Notes under the pieces: generated by a model
Told to the model about the DNA's origin: nothing
The model's database searches: none
Seen by the model: only the letters and a program-made list of their open reading frames with translations
Shown: positions 1 to 9,364 of the stretch, piece after piece
Position numbering within the stretch: position 1 is the first letter of the stretch
Layout: each line of letters opens with the position of its first letter
NCBI GenBank assembly: GCA_964364745.1
Contig: CAYINJ010000004.1
Location: 1-33,634 of the forward strand
Direction of reading: 5' to 3'
DNA length: 33,634 nt
Origin: an uncultured Gammaproteobacteria bacterium
Lineage (GTDB): Bacteria; Patescibacteriota; Patescibacteriia; JACRDY01
Translations under genes and position numbers: made by a program

Positions 1-1
1 C

Positions 2-2575
2 TTAGAATTGTTCCGACCATTTATTATTTCTCGTTTGATTAAAGAGGGCTACGTCCACAACATTCGTTCAGCCAACCGTTTTATTGAGTCCGATCACCTC
101 GAGGTCTGGGATATTCTCGAAGCAGTGACCAAGAATGCCCACGTCTTACTCAACCGCGCGCCGACGCTGCACCGCTTGGGGATTCAGGCCTTTCAACCGG
201 TTCTGATCGAGGGCAAGGCCATTCAGCTCCACCCGTTGGTCTGTACGGCGTTCAACGCTGACTTCGACGGCGACCAAATGGCCGTCCACGTGCCGCTGAC
301 CGAAGAAGCCAAGAAAGAAGCGGCCCATATCATGCTCTCGGCCAACAACTTGCTTAAACCGTCCGACGGTAAGCCGGTGGTGCGGCCGAACAAAGACGTG
401 ATTTTGGGGATCTATTACCTGACGCAAGACATGCACCCGGCCGACAAACCGATTAAGGCGTTCTCAACGTCTCGGGAAGCTAAACGGGCGTACAACATGC
501 AACTGATCGGCCTGCGCGATAAGATCAAGGTTAAGGATTTCTTCAAAGAAAAAACCGAGACCGTCCAAGAAACCACCATTGGCCGCATCCTCTTCAACGC
601 CATTGTACCGCAGTCGTTGACCTATTATAACCAGGCCATTGACGCCAAGACCATTACCAAGATTGTTTCGCTAGTGTTAGAAACCCAATTACCGGAAGAT
701 AGCGTTGACTTCTTGGATAAACTGAAATCGTTGGGCTACAAATATCTCACCCGCTCCGGCTATTCCTGGGGGATGAACGATCTGCCGTTGCTCGAAGAAC
801 GCCGGGCATTGATTACCGAAGGGGACCGGCTGGTGGATGAAACCGAAGAACAGTACCAGCAAGGGCTGCTGACTGATCGGGAACGTCACACCAAGATTGT
901 CGAAATTTGGACCGGGACGAAAGATCAAATTGTCGAGATGGCGGCCAAGAAACTCGATCCGACCGGTCCGGTCTACGCCATGATTCACTCCGGCGCCCGG
1001 GGTAGCTTGGGTCAGCTGACGCAGATGATTGGAATGAAAGGACCAGTGGCCAACCCATCCGGTGATATTATTGAGCTGCCGGTCAAAGGTAACTTCAAAG
1101 AAGGTTTTGGTGTGCTAGAATTGTTTATCTCCTCTCACGGTTCGCGCAAAGGTCTGGCTGACACCGCCTTGCGGACGGCCAACGCCGGTTACCTCACCCG
1201 TCGATTAGTTGATGTGGTCCAAGACGTGGTCATCAAAGCGGCTGACTGCGGTGATACCACTGGCGCGTTGCTGACCCGGGCCGCCAGTGTGGCCATGGGC
1301 GAGACCGTCACCAGCCGGGCCGCCGGCCGGATGATCTTAGAAGACATTGTCGGCCCGCGCGGCAAGGTGGTCGTCAAGGCCGGCGAGACCATCAGTGATC
1401 CGATGGCTCGAGACATTGAAAAGCTTGATCTGGAGACCATTAAGGTGCGCTCGGTTTTGACTTGTAAATTAAATAAAGGGGTGTGTCAGGCCTGTTATGG
1501 CTATGATCTCGGATACAACCAGCCGGTCCGTCTCGGCACGGCGGTCGGCATCATCGCTGCGCAGTCGATTGGTGAGCCGGGGACGCAGCTGACCATGCGG
1601 ACTTTCCACACTGGTGGTGTCGCCGGTAAAGATATTACCCAAGGGTTGCCGCGGGTGGAAGAATTGTTTGAAGCGCGTAATCCGAAACATTGCGCCATTG
1701 TCTCTGAAGTTGACGGCCGAGCGACGATCGAAGAAACGGAACGAACTATTACTGACGCGACTGGCAAAGTGGTGTTAGCTGGTCGGTTTGGTCAAAAGGT
1801 GGTCAAGATCGGCTACGGTGAAGTGGAACAAGATGAATATCGCGTGACCAAAAACGCCATTGTCCAAGTGGCGGATGGTGACACCGTCGTCGCCGGTCAA
1901 AGCATCACCGAGACGCCAGCCAAGAAAACCGTCGCCAAACGGGGCGGGATCGCTAAAGTTGATAAAACCAAGGTCACCGTGGTGGTGCAAGAGAATAAAG
2001 TGGCCGAATATTTGATCCCAGCTGAATATTCACTGATGATCAAGAACGGCGACTTGATCGCCAAGGGCGATCGCCTGACCGACGGGAGTTTGGACCTCCA
2101 TACTCTCTACCGCCATCAGGGTCGCGCCGCCGTTCAGAACTACATGTTGAAAGAAATTCAGCACATCTATTCGTCCCAAGGTCAAAAACTTAATGATAAA
2201 CATGTCGAAATCATCATCCGCCAAATGTTTAGCCGGGTGCATGTGACCGATGCGGCTGACACGGAGCTCTTGCCGGGTGAGATTACCGAACTATCCGAAG
2301 TGCTAGAAGCCAACGCGGTGGCCAAGAAAGCCAAGAAAACCCTGGCGGTTTATCAAGAACTATTCTTGGGTATTTCCAAGGTATCGTTGTCGACCACTTC
2401 TTGGTTATCAGCCGCTTCTTTCCAAGAAACCGCTCGAGTATTGATCGACGCGGCCGTGACCGGTAAAATTGATCGTCTCGAGGGCTTGAAAGAAAACGTC
2501 ATTATTGGTCGGCTGGTGCCGGCCGGGACTGGCTTCGATCTGGCCAAACATGGCTCCGAGGCCTCGACGACCTAA
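2..2575 (+). CDS. rpoC: DNA-directed RNA polymerase subunit beta' (C-terminal ~855 aa; the 5' end lies upstream of the window)
   Basis: The frame is open from the window edge to TAA 2573-2575. The translation carries the catalytic NADFDGDQM motif plus conserved blocks GLADTALRTANAGYLTRRLVDV and QSIGEPGTQLTMRTFHTGG. Confidence 0.97.
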   Translation, partial: LELFRPFIISRLIKEGYVHNIRSANRFIESDHLEVWDILEAVTKNAHVLLNRAPTLHRLGIQAFQPVLIEGKAIQLHPLVCTAFNADFDGDQMAVHVPLTEEAKKEAAHIMLSANNLLKPSDGKPVVRPNKDVILGIYYLTQDMHPADKPIKAFSTSREAKRAYNMQLIGLRDKIKVKDFFKEKTETVQETTIGRILFNAIVPQSLTYYNQAIDAKTITKIVSLVLETQLPEDSVDFLDKLKSLGYKYLTRSGYSWGMNDLPLLEERRALITEGDRLVDETEEQYQQGLLTDRERHTKIVEIWTGTKDQIVEMAAKKLDPTGPVYAMIHSGARGSLGQLTQMIGMKGPVANPSGDIIELPVKGNFKEGFGVLELFISSHGSRKGLADTALRTANAGYLTRRLVDVVQDVVIKAADCGDTTGALLTRAASVAMGETVTSRAAGRMILEDIVGPRGKVVVKAGETISDPMARDIEKLDLETIKVRSVLTCKLNKGVCQACYGYDLGYNQPVRLGTAVGIIAAQSIGEPGTQLTMRTFHTGGVAGKDITQGLPRVEELFEARNPKHCAIVSEVDGRATIEETERTITDATGKVVLAGRFGQKVVKIGYGEVEQDEYRVTKNAIVQVADGDTVVAGQSITETPAKKTVAKRGGIAKVDKTKVTVVVQENKVAEYLIPAEYSLMIKNGDLIAKGDRLTDGSLDLHTLYRHQGRAAVQNYMLKEIQHIYSSQGQKLNDKHVEIIIRQMFSRVHVTDAADTELLPGEITELSEVLEANAVAKKAKKTLAVYQELFLGISKVSLSTTSWLSAASFQETARVLIDAAVTGKIDRLEGLKENVIIGRLVPAGTGFDLAKHGSEASTT

Positions 2576-2593
2576 AGTTAATTAACCTGGTTT

Positions 2594-2628
2594 GCCGCCA
2601 CACCAGTCGAATTGGCGTGGCGGTTTTC
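2594..2628 (+). terminator. Intrinsic terminator after rpoC
   Basis: A GC-rich hairpin (ccgccacacc / ggcgtggcgg, 9 of 10 bp, 9-nt loop) is followed by TTTT. Confidence 0.6.
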
Positions 2629-2676
2629 GTCTGGAGAAAATTGAGCTAATCAGACGTGGTCTGACGCGGGAAAATA

Positions 2677-2685
2677 TGGTATACT
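2677..2685 (+). promoter_or_regulatory. Extended -10 box (TGgTATACT) upstream of ftsK
   Basis: The TGnTATACT match lies 36 nt before the ftsK ATG. There is no convincing -35. Confidence 0.35.
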
Positions 2686-2721
2686 GGGCAGGTAAAATTA
2701 GCTTATTGGCCTAGTATTATT

Positions 2722-5136
2722 ATGAGTAGGAAACGCAAGCCCGGTCGACCCAAGGGGAGCAAAAGCCATCTCCATCGCGACTTATTTGAAGATGAATACG
2801 CGCCATTTTTGAGCCCACAGACGAAGCGGGCAATCAGCGTGGTCTTGCTTTTAGCCGTCAGTGTCATTACAATTTTGGGCTTGTTGGGTTCAGCCGGAGT
2901 GGCCGGGAGTTATATCACTATCGCCAGTCATCTATTATTTGGGTCCGCCGCCTGGCTGGCGCCGATTATTTTATTGTTTGTCACTTACCTGCTAATCGTC
3001 CAGGAACGCTACGCCATCGGCTTCATTAATTATTTTGGCGTCTTGCTGTTTGCGCTGACGTTAACTGGCCTGTTGCATTTACGCGTTCCAGTTGAACAAG
3101 CGATTGATACCGCCTGGGCTGGTTTGGGCGGCGGACTGGCCGGAGTGGCGTTGGCTTGGCCGCTAGCGACACTGCTGGGGATCTGGGCGGCGGCGGTGTT
3201 GCTGATTGCCTTATTCCTGATCGCCTTGATGATTACTTTTAACACTTCCTTTGGTCAACTGGCCAACCAGAGCCCAGCATTCAATGGTGTCTGGGCGCGG
3301 CTCCTAGAGCGATTACGCGCCAATGTTGATGACGATGATTTCGTCCCGACCGACGAGGTGGCGGAGGCGGAGGAAGAGTTAGCGACCGATTCCACCGCGG
3401 CCACGGCTGATCCTGATGGCGTGACTGAAGTGGTCGCTTCGGCTGGCCACTTCACGACCAAAGCCATTAACGATAGTCACCAACCGACGCTGTCGCGTCG
3501 ATTTAAAAAGATTGATATCCCGCTTGATTTATTGAGTGACAAGCAGGACAAACCACTCGCCGGAGATATTGGCGTCAATCAAGAGCGGATCAAGACCACA
3601 CTGGAAAACTTCGGCATCGAAGTTGAAATGGGAGAAGTGAGTGTTGGCCCAACCGTGGCCCAATATACGCTCAAACCAAAAGAAGGGGTTAAGTTGTCCC
3701 AAATCACTACCCTGCATAATGACTTAGCCCTGGCCTTGGCCGCTCACCCAATTCGGATTGAAGCGCCGATCCCGGGCAAATCGTTGGTCGGCATCGAAGT
3801 GCCCAACCAAAACATTGCCACCGTGACCATGCGCGAGATGCTGGTCAGCAAAGAGTTTGCCAAACGCAAAACCACCATGTCCTTACCGATCGGTAAAGAT
3901 GTGGCCGGCAAAGTTTGGCTGGCTGATTTATCGGTCATGCCGCACCTCTTAATTGCCGGAGCGACCGGCAGTGGGAAATCAATCTGTATCAACACGGTGA
4001 TTACCAGCTTGCTCTATCAGAACAGTCCCAATACCCTGCGATTTATCATGGTTGATCCGAAGCGAGTGGAGCTGTCGGTTTACAATGGCATTCCCCATTT
4101 ACTGACGCCGGTAGTTACTGACGCGAAAAAAATCATCAACGCGCTTAAATGGACCATCGCGGAAATGGACCGCCGCTATGAACTACTGGCCCGGACCGGT
4201 TGGCGCGACATTAAGTCGTTTAACCAGTCATCGAAGCAAAAGATACCCTACCTGGTGTTTATCGTTGACGAAATGGCTGATCTGATGCAAACGTCGGGCT
4301 CGGAGGTCGAGGGCTACGTTATTCGCTTGGCCCAACTGGCGCGCGCGGTCGGCATTCACTTGATTCTGGCCACCCAACGGCCGTCGGTCGATGTCATCAC
4401 CGGGCTGATCAAGGCCAACATTACCAGCCGCATTGCCTTTGCGGTCGCTTCCAGTACCGACTCCCGCACTATTCTCGACTTCAGCGGCGCGGAAAAACTG
4501 CTAGGTCGGGGAGATATGCTTTATATTTCCGCTACGCTGTCCAGCCCTAAACGGCTGCAGGGCGCGTACGTTTCGGAAGACGAGACCCGCCGGTTAGTCG
4601 AGTACATCAAAGGCCAAAGCGGGGAGCCGGACTATGACAGCTCGGTGACGGAGAAACCCGCCCACGGTGTTAGTGGTCTGATCGGTGGAGATGACGACGA
4701 CGAGCTGCTGGCTGCGGCGCGTGACTTAGTCGTCAGCGCCGGCAAGGCCTCGGCTTCCTATCTCCAGCGGCGGTTGAAAATCGGCTATGCTCGGGCCGCT
4801 CGGATCCTTGATTTGTTAGAAGCAGCCGGAGTGATTGGACCGGCCGATGGCGCCAAGCCGCGAGATATTCTGGTTGGCGCCGACGAACCGACGACGACGG
4901 GACGCTATCGGAACCCGACCGTGAATTATTATGATGACGAGGCCGAAGAGGCAGAGACAGTCGCTCTGACCGCCGAAGACGCCGCGGCTGAACCAGCGGC
5001 CGAGGATGATGAAGTAGCGGTCGAACCAGCAGACGAAGATGATATTACCGATGAAGAATTAGCGGCTGATATTTTAGATGACGAGTCAGCTGACGACACT
5101 CCCGCCGCTAAAGTTGATGACCGCGAGTTGATCTAA
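2722..5136 (+). CDS. ftsK: DNA translocase FtsK/SpoIIIE
   Basis: The 804-aa product has N-terminal TM helices, a Walker A motif (GATGSGKS), the FtsK motor block (LILATQRPSVDVITG) and a C-terminal gamma winged helix (ASYLQRRLKIGYARAARILDLLE). An acidic tail follows. Confidence 0.93.
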   Translation: MSRKRKPGRPKGSKSHLHRDLFEDEYAPFLSPQTKRAISVVLLLAVSVITILGLLGSAGVAGSYITIASHLLFGSAAWLAPIILLFVTYLLIVQERYAIGFINYFGVLLFALTLTGLLHLRVPVEQAIDTAWAGLGGGLAGVALAWPLATLLGIWAAAVLLIALFLIALMITFNTSFGQLANQSPAFNGVWARLLERLRANVDDDDFVPTDEVAEAEEELATDSTAATADPDGVTEVVASAGHFTTKAINDSHQPTLSRRFKKIDIPLDLLSDKQDKPLAGDIGVNQERIKTTLENFGIEVEMGEVSVGPTVAQYTLKPKEGVKLSQITTLHNDLALALAAHPIRIEAPIPGKSLVGIEVPNQNIATVTMREMLVSKEFAKRKTTMSLPIGKDVAGKVWLADLSVMPHLLIAGATGSGKSICINTVITSLLYQNSPNTLRFIMVDPKRVELSVYNGIPHLLTPVVTDAKKIINALKWTIAEMDRRYELLARTGWRDIKSFNQSSKQKIPYLVFIVDEMADLMQTSGSEVEGYVIRLAQLARAVGIHLILATQRPSVDVITGLIKANITSRIAFAVASSTDSRTILDFSGAEKLLGRGDMLYISATLSSPKRLQGAYVSEDETRRLVEYIKGQSGEPDYDSSVTEKPAHGVSGLIGGDDDDELLAAARDLVVSAGKASASYLQRRLKIGYARAARILDLLEAAGVIGPADGAKPRDILVGADEPTTTGRYRNPTVNYYDDEAEEAETVALTAEDAAAEPAAEDDEVAVEPADEDDITDEELAADILDDESADDTPAAKVDDRELI

Positions 5137-5149
5137 CCGGGGTCGGAAT

Positions 5150-5881
5150 ATGCAGTTTTTTACCAAACAAATCAATCAGTATGAGACCGTGGCCGAGGTG
5201 TTGTCGGCGGCCCGCCGCGACGGCGAATTTGACCTGGATCGGGCCGAAAAAGTATTAAAGATTAATCGACGTTACTTAGTGGCCATTGAGACCGGTCAGT
5301 ACGATCAACTGCCGGGTGATATTTACATTCGCAGCTTCGTTCGCGCTTATGCCCAGTGGCTGCAAGTTGACGTCAAGCAGACGCTGGCCCTACTGGATCG
5401 GGAGTTAGAAATCACTCGCAATATTGAAACTCCCGTGGCACCGGAAACACCGGGGCAATATCTCTCTAGTCGGGTTCTCGTCACGCCGCAACGGATTCGC
5501 TACGCGGCATTGATTTTAGCCGGCTTGGTCTGTGTTGGTTATCTGATCTGGCAGATCAACACCATCTTTGCCCCGCCACCACTAACGGTCACGCAACCAA
5601 CCGCTGATCTAGTCACGACTGAAACAATTATTATGGTGACTGGCCAGACCGAACCAGAAGTAGCCGTGACGATCAATGGCCAAGCCCTATTGACTGATCC
5701 AGCCGGCCAATTTCAAAAACAAATTGATTTACAAACCGGAGTCAATGTTATCGAAGTCACGGCCCAGAAGAAACGCAGTCGACCCCAAACCGTTCGCCGG
5801 CAGGTGATCGTCGAAGAGGCCGCGGCCCGGCCGCCGATCGGCGGTGAGCTGATTGAATTGCCGTCCTCGTCAGCTCCTTAG
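5150..5881 (+). CDS. RodZ-like helix-turn-helix membrane protein
   Basis: The 243-aa product has an N-terminal HTH-like region, one central TM segment (YAALILAGLVCVGYLIW) and a beta-rich C-terminal domain. The call rests on architecture only. Confidence 0.6.
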   Translation: MQFFTKQINQYETVAEVLSAARRDGEFDLDRAEKVLKINRRYLVAIETGQYDQLPGDIYIRSFVRAYAQWLQVDVKQTLALLDRELEITRNIETPVAPETPGQYLSSRVLVTPQRIRYAALILAGLVCVGYLIWQINTIFAPPPLTVTQPTADLVTTETIIMVTGQTEPEVAVTINGQALLTDPAGQFQKQIDLQTGVNVIEVTAQKKRSRPQTVRRQVIVEEAAARPPIGGELIELPSSSAP

Positions 5882-5940
5882 TTTTCCGCTACAATACCCC
5901 TGCCGAGAGTTTAGAATTATTTTAGGCCGGAGGTGATACC

Positions 5941-5988
5941 ATGCTGATAGCCCCGGATTTTGGGGCAGAAGCATTATTCTTAGTTTAA
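5941..5988 (+). CDS. Candidate 15-codon upstream ORF / leader peptide (MLIAPDFGAEALFLV) in front of recA
   Basis: A strong SD (GGAGGTGA, 5929-5936) lies 4 nt upstream of the ATG (GGAGG core 7 nt upstream). The TAA stop is 6 nt before the recA ATG, and recA itself has no SD. Confidence 0.3.
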   Translation: MLIAPDFGAEALFLV

Positions 5989-5994
5989 TAGTGT

Positions 5995-7026
5995 ATGTCA
6001 ACGAAAAAAGAGGTGCCGACGGGATCGGTTCGAGCCCAAGCCGCCCAGACCGCCATTGAGCAGATTCGCGAACGTTTTGGGGCTGGCTCGATTATGCGCC
6101 TCGGGGAGGCCACCGCCATGACGGTCGAAGTCGTGCCGACGGGCTGTTTGTCGCTCGATGTGGCCTTGGGTGCGGGCGGGATGCCGCGGGGCCGGATTGT
6201 CGAGGTTTATGGACCGGAAGCGTCGGGGAAGACCACGTTGGCGCTGCACGTCATTGCCGAAGTCCAAAAACTTGGCGGCGTGGCCGCGTTCGTCGATGCC
6301 GAACACGCGCTGGATCCGGCCTATGCCAAAAAGATTGGTGTCAAGACCGATGACCTGCTGATTTCTCAACCCGAGTCGGGCGAACAAGCGCTTGATATCG
6401 TCGAGACGCTGGTGCGTTCCAACGGCATTGATGTCATCGTGATTGACTCGGTGGCCGCGTTAACACCCCGAGCGGAAATCGAAGGGGAAATGGGTGATCA
6501 ACATATGGGTCTTCAGGCGCGGTTGATGAGTCAGGCCTTGCGCAAACTGACCGCCATCATCGGCAAAACCAAGACGGTGGTGATTTTTATCAACCAAATT
6601 CGGCTGAAAATTGGTGTTTTCTTCGGTAACCCCGAGACCACCACCGGTGGCATGGCGCTGAAGTTCTACTCCTCGGTGCGGATCGAAGTCCGCCGGGCCG
6701 CCCAAATCAAGCAAGACGAAAAAATAATTGGTAACCGGGTGAAGGTCAAAGTAGTAAAAAACAAAGTGGCGGCTCCATTCCGGACCTGTGAGTTTGATAT
6801 CATGTACAATGAAGGTATTTCCCTGTCCGGGGACTCGATTGATACCGCCCTGGAGTATGCGGTGATTAGCAAAAATGGCAATACTTTCACCTTTGGTGAG
6901 GAAAAACTCGGTGTCGGCCGCGAAACGGCCAAGCAGTTTTTGCGCGAACACCCCGAGCTGATGGCCCAGATTCGAGAACAGGTCTGGGCGGTGGTCAAAG
7001 AACAAGTCAAAGCGGAACAATCATAA
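5995..7026 (+). CDS. recA: Recombinase RecA
   Basis: The 343-aa product has a Walker A motif (GPEASGKTT), the L1/L2 region, FINQIR and typical RecA blocks throughout. Confidence 0.98.
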   Translation: MSTKKEVPTGSVRAQAAQTAIEQIRERFGAGSIMRLGEATAMTVEVVPTGCLSLDVALGAGGMPRGRIVEVYGPEASGKTTLALHVIAEVQKLGGVAAFVDAEHALDPAYAKKIGVKTDDLLISQPESGEQALDIVETLVRSNGIDVIVIDSVAALTPRAEIEGEMGDQHMGLQARLMSQALRKLTAIIGKTKTVVIFINQIRLKIGVFFGNPETTTGGMALKFYSSVRIEVRRAAQIKQDEKIIGNRVKVKVVKNKVAAPFRTCEFDIMYNEGISLSGDSIDTALEYAVISKNGNTFTFGEEKLGVGRETAKQFLREHPELMAQIREQVWAVVKEQVKAEQS

Positions 7027-7037
7027 ACAGCTGAGAT

Positions 7038-7349
7038 ATGATGCCGCCAAATGATAAAGAGGAAATCTTGGAAGCTATTGCCACGTTTTCCGGTCAGATT
7101 GATCAGAAGTTTGATAAAATAGACCAACGACTGGGCCGGGTCGAATCGGATATCGGATCAATCAAGGCAACCATGGTGACCAAGGATTATCTCGACGACA
7201 AACTCGCCGATCTCCGGGGTGATCTGATTGGGATTGACCGACGAGTCGATGGCAAAATTGATTTCTTAACTGGTCATCTCGAAACCGCCGGCAGTTTGCC
7301 GCCAGCTAGTGCGACAGCGGTGCGAGCGATCAAGCCATTGGGGCGTTAG
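7038..7349 (+). CDS. Hypothetical coiled-coil protein (103 aa)
   Basis: The ORF is followed by a strong terminator. The sequence is heptad-like (KFDKIDQRLGRVESDIGSIKA). No family was recognised. Confidence 0.5.
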   Translation: MMPPNDKEEILEAIATFSGQIDQKFDKIDQRLGRVESDIGSIKATMVTKDYLDDKLADLRGDLIGIDRRVDGKIDFLTGHLETAGSLPPASATAVRAIKPLGR

Positions 7350-7368
7350 ATAAAGGAATAGAGGAAAT

Positions 7369-7397
7369 AAAAACACCCCGCTTAGCGGGGTGTTTTT
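7369..7397. terminator. Bidirectional intrinsic terminator between the hypothetical gene (+) and efp (-)
   Basis: The perfect hairpin aaaaacaccccgc-tta-gcggggtgttttt has A and T runs on both sides. Confidence 0.85.
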
Positions 7398-7414
7398 CCG
7401 TCCGAAGAGGAAAG

Positions 7415-7987
7415 TTAGTCGTTGACCCGCTCAGTGTAATCACCGGTTTCGGTGTTGATCCGGATCAGGTCGCCCTCTTTGATGAATAGTGGGACGTTGA
7501 CATCGATGCCGGTCTCTAGGGTGGCCGGCTTAGTCACCCGACCCTGGGCGGTGTCACCCTTGGCCCCGTCGATAGTGGTGACCACCCGGAGCTCAACTTT
7601 GTTCGGGATGGCCACCGCCACGGGGGCGTCGTTGAAGTACATGGCGTCCACTTCCGCGCCTTCTTTCAGGTACCCGATCGCTTCCCCGATTTGTTCGCGG
7701 TCGAGGCCAAACTGGTCGTAGGTCTCACTATTCATGAAGTAGGCCTGGTGGTCGTCAGCGTAGAGATACCCCGCTTGGCGGTGGGTCAGGTCGGCTTCCA
7801 CGGGTAAATCACCAGGGTGAAAATTGATTTCCACCGTTTTGCCGGTCAGCAAATTTTTGAGCTTGGTCTGCATCACCGGTTTGCGCTGTTGCATCCGGAC
7901 AAACTGAGCGGCCACGACCAAGCAGGGCTGGCCATCGATATCAAGGGCCTTACCTTTCTTAATATCATTGAGCGCGCTGATCGACAT
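7415..7987 (-). CDS. efp: Translation elongation factor P
   Basis: The 190-aa product aligns along its full length with recalled EF-P sequence (KGDTAQG...KPATLETG...VPLFI). Confidence 0.95.
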   Translation of the reverse strand: MSISALNDIKKGKALDIDGQPCLVVAAQFVRMQQRKPVMQTKLKNLLTGKTVEINFHPGDLPVEADLTHRQAGYLYADDHQAYFMNSETYDQFGLDREQIGEAIGYLKEGAEVDAMYFNDAPVAVAIPNKVELRVVTTIDGAKGDTAQGRVTKPATLETGIDVNVPLFIKEGDLIRINTETGDYTERVND

Positions 7988-7995
7988 AAGCCAGG

Positions 7996-8220
7996 TTAGC
8001 GGTTGGTAAACGGCATCAGCGCGACAATCCGTGCCCGCTTAACGGCTTCGGCCAGCTTCCGCTGGTGTTTCGCACAGACCGCGGTTCGGCGAGTCGGCGC
8101 AATCTTGCCGTAAGCACTGGTAAAGCGGCGGAGCAATTGTGGCTCTTTATAGTCAATCGTGGTGTAGTGATTGACGCAGAAGTAACACTCCTGCGGCACG
8201 GCTTTCTTCTTCGGAGGCAT
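7996..8220 (-). CDS. rpsR: 30S ribosomal protein S18
   Basis: The 74-aa product has the YKEPQLLRRF...GKI..RR.T..CAKHQR pattern. Confidence 0.95.
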   Translation of the reverse strand: MPPKKKAVPQECYFCVNHYTTIDYKEPQLLRRFTSAYGKIAPTRRTAVCAKHQRKLAEAVKRARIVALMPFTNR

Positions 8221-8234
8221 AGGTCAGATAAAGG

Positions 8235-8663
8235 TTAAAAGGGAATATCTTCGACTTTGATCTCTTCTTCGACGGGCTCATCGCTGGCGGCCGGGGCGGG
8301 CGGGCTGACCGGTCGACTGGCACCACCGTCACTGCCGCGGCGGTCGAGCATGACCATGTTGTCGGCCACGATTTCGGTCTTATAGTGTTTAACGCCGTCC
8401 TGGCTTTCCCAGTCACGGGTTTGCAGCCGGCCTTCGATATAGACCTTACTGCCTTTGTGCAAGTATTGGCCACAAATGTCAGCTAACTTGCGCCAAGCGA
8501 CCACACTGTGAAACTCGGCCTTTTCTTGCTTCTGGCCGGCGGTGTCCTTCCAGACAAAGTTGGTGGCGACGGAAAACGAAGCGACGTTGGTGCCTTGCGG
8601 CGTGGTGCGAACTTCAGGATCACGGGTGAGATTGCCGATGATCATGACTTTGTTGAGGTTCAT
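8235..8663 (-). CDS. ssb: Single-stranded DNA-binding protein
   Basis: The OB-fold start MNLNKVMIIGNLTRDPE and the acidic C-terminal tip (DIPF) are present. I place the start at ATG 8663 rather than the TTG at 8711 given in the ORF track. Confidence 0.92.
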   Translation of the reverse strand: MNLNKVMIIGNLTRDPEVRTTPQGTNVASFSVATNFVWKDTAGQKQEKAEFHSVVAWRKLADICGQYLHKGSKVYIEGRLQTRDWESQDGVKHYKTEIVADNMVMLDRRGSDGGASRPVSPPAPAASDEPVEEEIKVEDIPF

Positions 8664-8753
8664 ATCCCAAACATTTTTATGAGTAAAGATGGTGGAAGTC
8701 ACGAGGGCCAAAGCCCAGACGACAACCGACGGCCACCATCGACTCGGGTGTTG

Positions 8754-9269
8754 TTAGAGGATGGAGGTGTCGATCAATTCATCGAGCTTTTTGTCCAGCG
8801 CTTCCATGTCGACTTTGGTATCAGCTTTTTTGGCCAGGGCTTTTTTGGGCGCATCAGCCGCTGGGGTGGCGTCGAGCGGTTTCAACGCCGCTTCGGCCAG
8901 CATGGCCGCGGCCCGTTCCCGACGTTCCTTGTCTTTGGAACGCTCGGCGGCCGTTGGTTCTTGCTTGGCCACGATTAAATGGCGCAGCACTTCCGGGGCG
9001 AGGCGCAGGGCGGTGTTAAGCGACGCCAACTGATCAGTTTTGGCGTTGAATTCCGCAATAAAGTAATACCCGTGATGAATATCATTGATCGGGTACGCCA
9101 ACTTGCGCTTCCCTAAGCTGTCTTCGTAGGTGATAATGCCGCCGTGTTCGGCGACGATCGCCCGTACCCGTTCATTGACCGGCCCGAGCTCATCGGCCGT
9201 GTATTTGACGGGGATAACGTAGAGCAGCTCGTAATGTTTGACTGGCACGTCGTGCTGGTCTGTCTCCAT
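8754..9269 (-). CDS. rpsF: 30S ribosomal protein S6 with a C-terminal Lys/Ala/Glu-rich extension
   Basis: The N-terminal ~100 aa are S6-like (YELLYVI...GKRKLAYPI...GYY). The gene sits in the classical rpsF-ssb-rpsR order. Confidence 0.92.
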   Translation of the reverse strand: METDQHDVPVKHYELLYVIPVKYTADELGPVNERVRAIVAEHGGIITYEDSLGKRKLAYPINDIHHGYYFIAEFNAKTDQLASLNTALRLAPEVLRHLIVAKQEPTAAERSKDKERRERAAAMLAEAALKPLDATPAADAPKKALAKKADTKVDMEALDKKLDELIDTSIL

Positions 9270-9338
9270 AGTAGCGAATTGCAGTTAATCAATGAATAAA
9301 GAAAAATTAATCAATTTCTAAACTAATTGCCGGGCATT

Positions 9339-9364
9339 AAAAAAGCCCTTTCATCCGGAAAGGG
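9339..9364 (-). terminator. Minus-strand intrinsic terminator about 70 nt upstream of the rpsF start
   Basis: Read on the minus strand, the hairpin ccctttc-cggat-gaaaggg is followed by C then TTTTTT. Confidence 0.55.

Noticed and set aside
6460-7020. Long antisense or alternative-frame ORFs inside well-supported genes (for example 6460-7020 and 5998-6387 in recA, 21501-22220 in the TrxR-like gene, 13750-14178 and 13923-14387 in rny, 10071-10514 in the methyltransferase, 17995-18417 in purF).
   Set aside because: They are typical shadow ORFs of GC-rich coding DNA, with low-complexity Arg/Pro/Ser-rich translations. Each overlaps a gene with clear family motifs.
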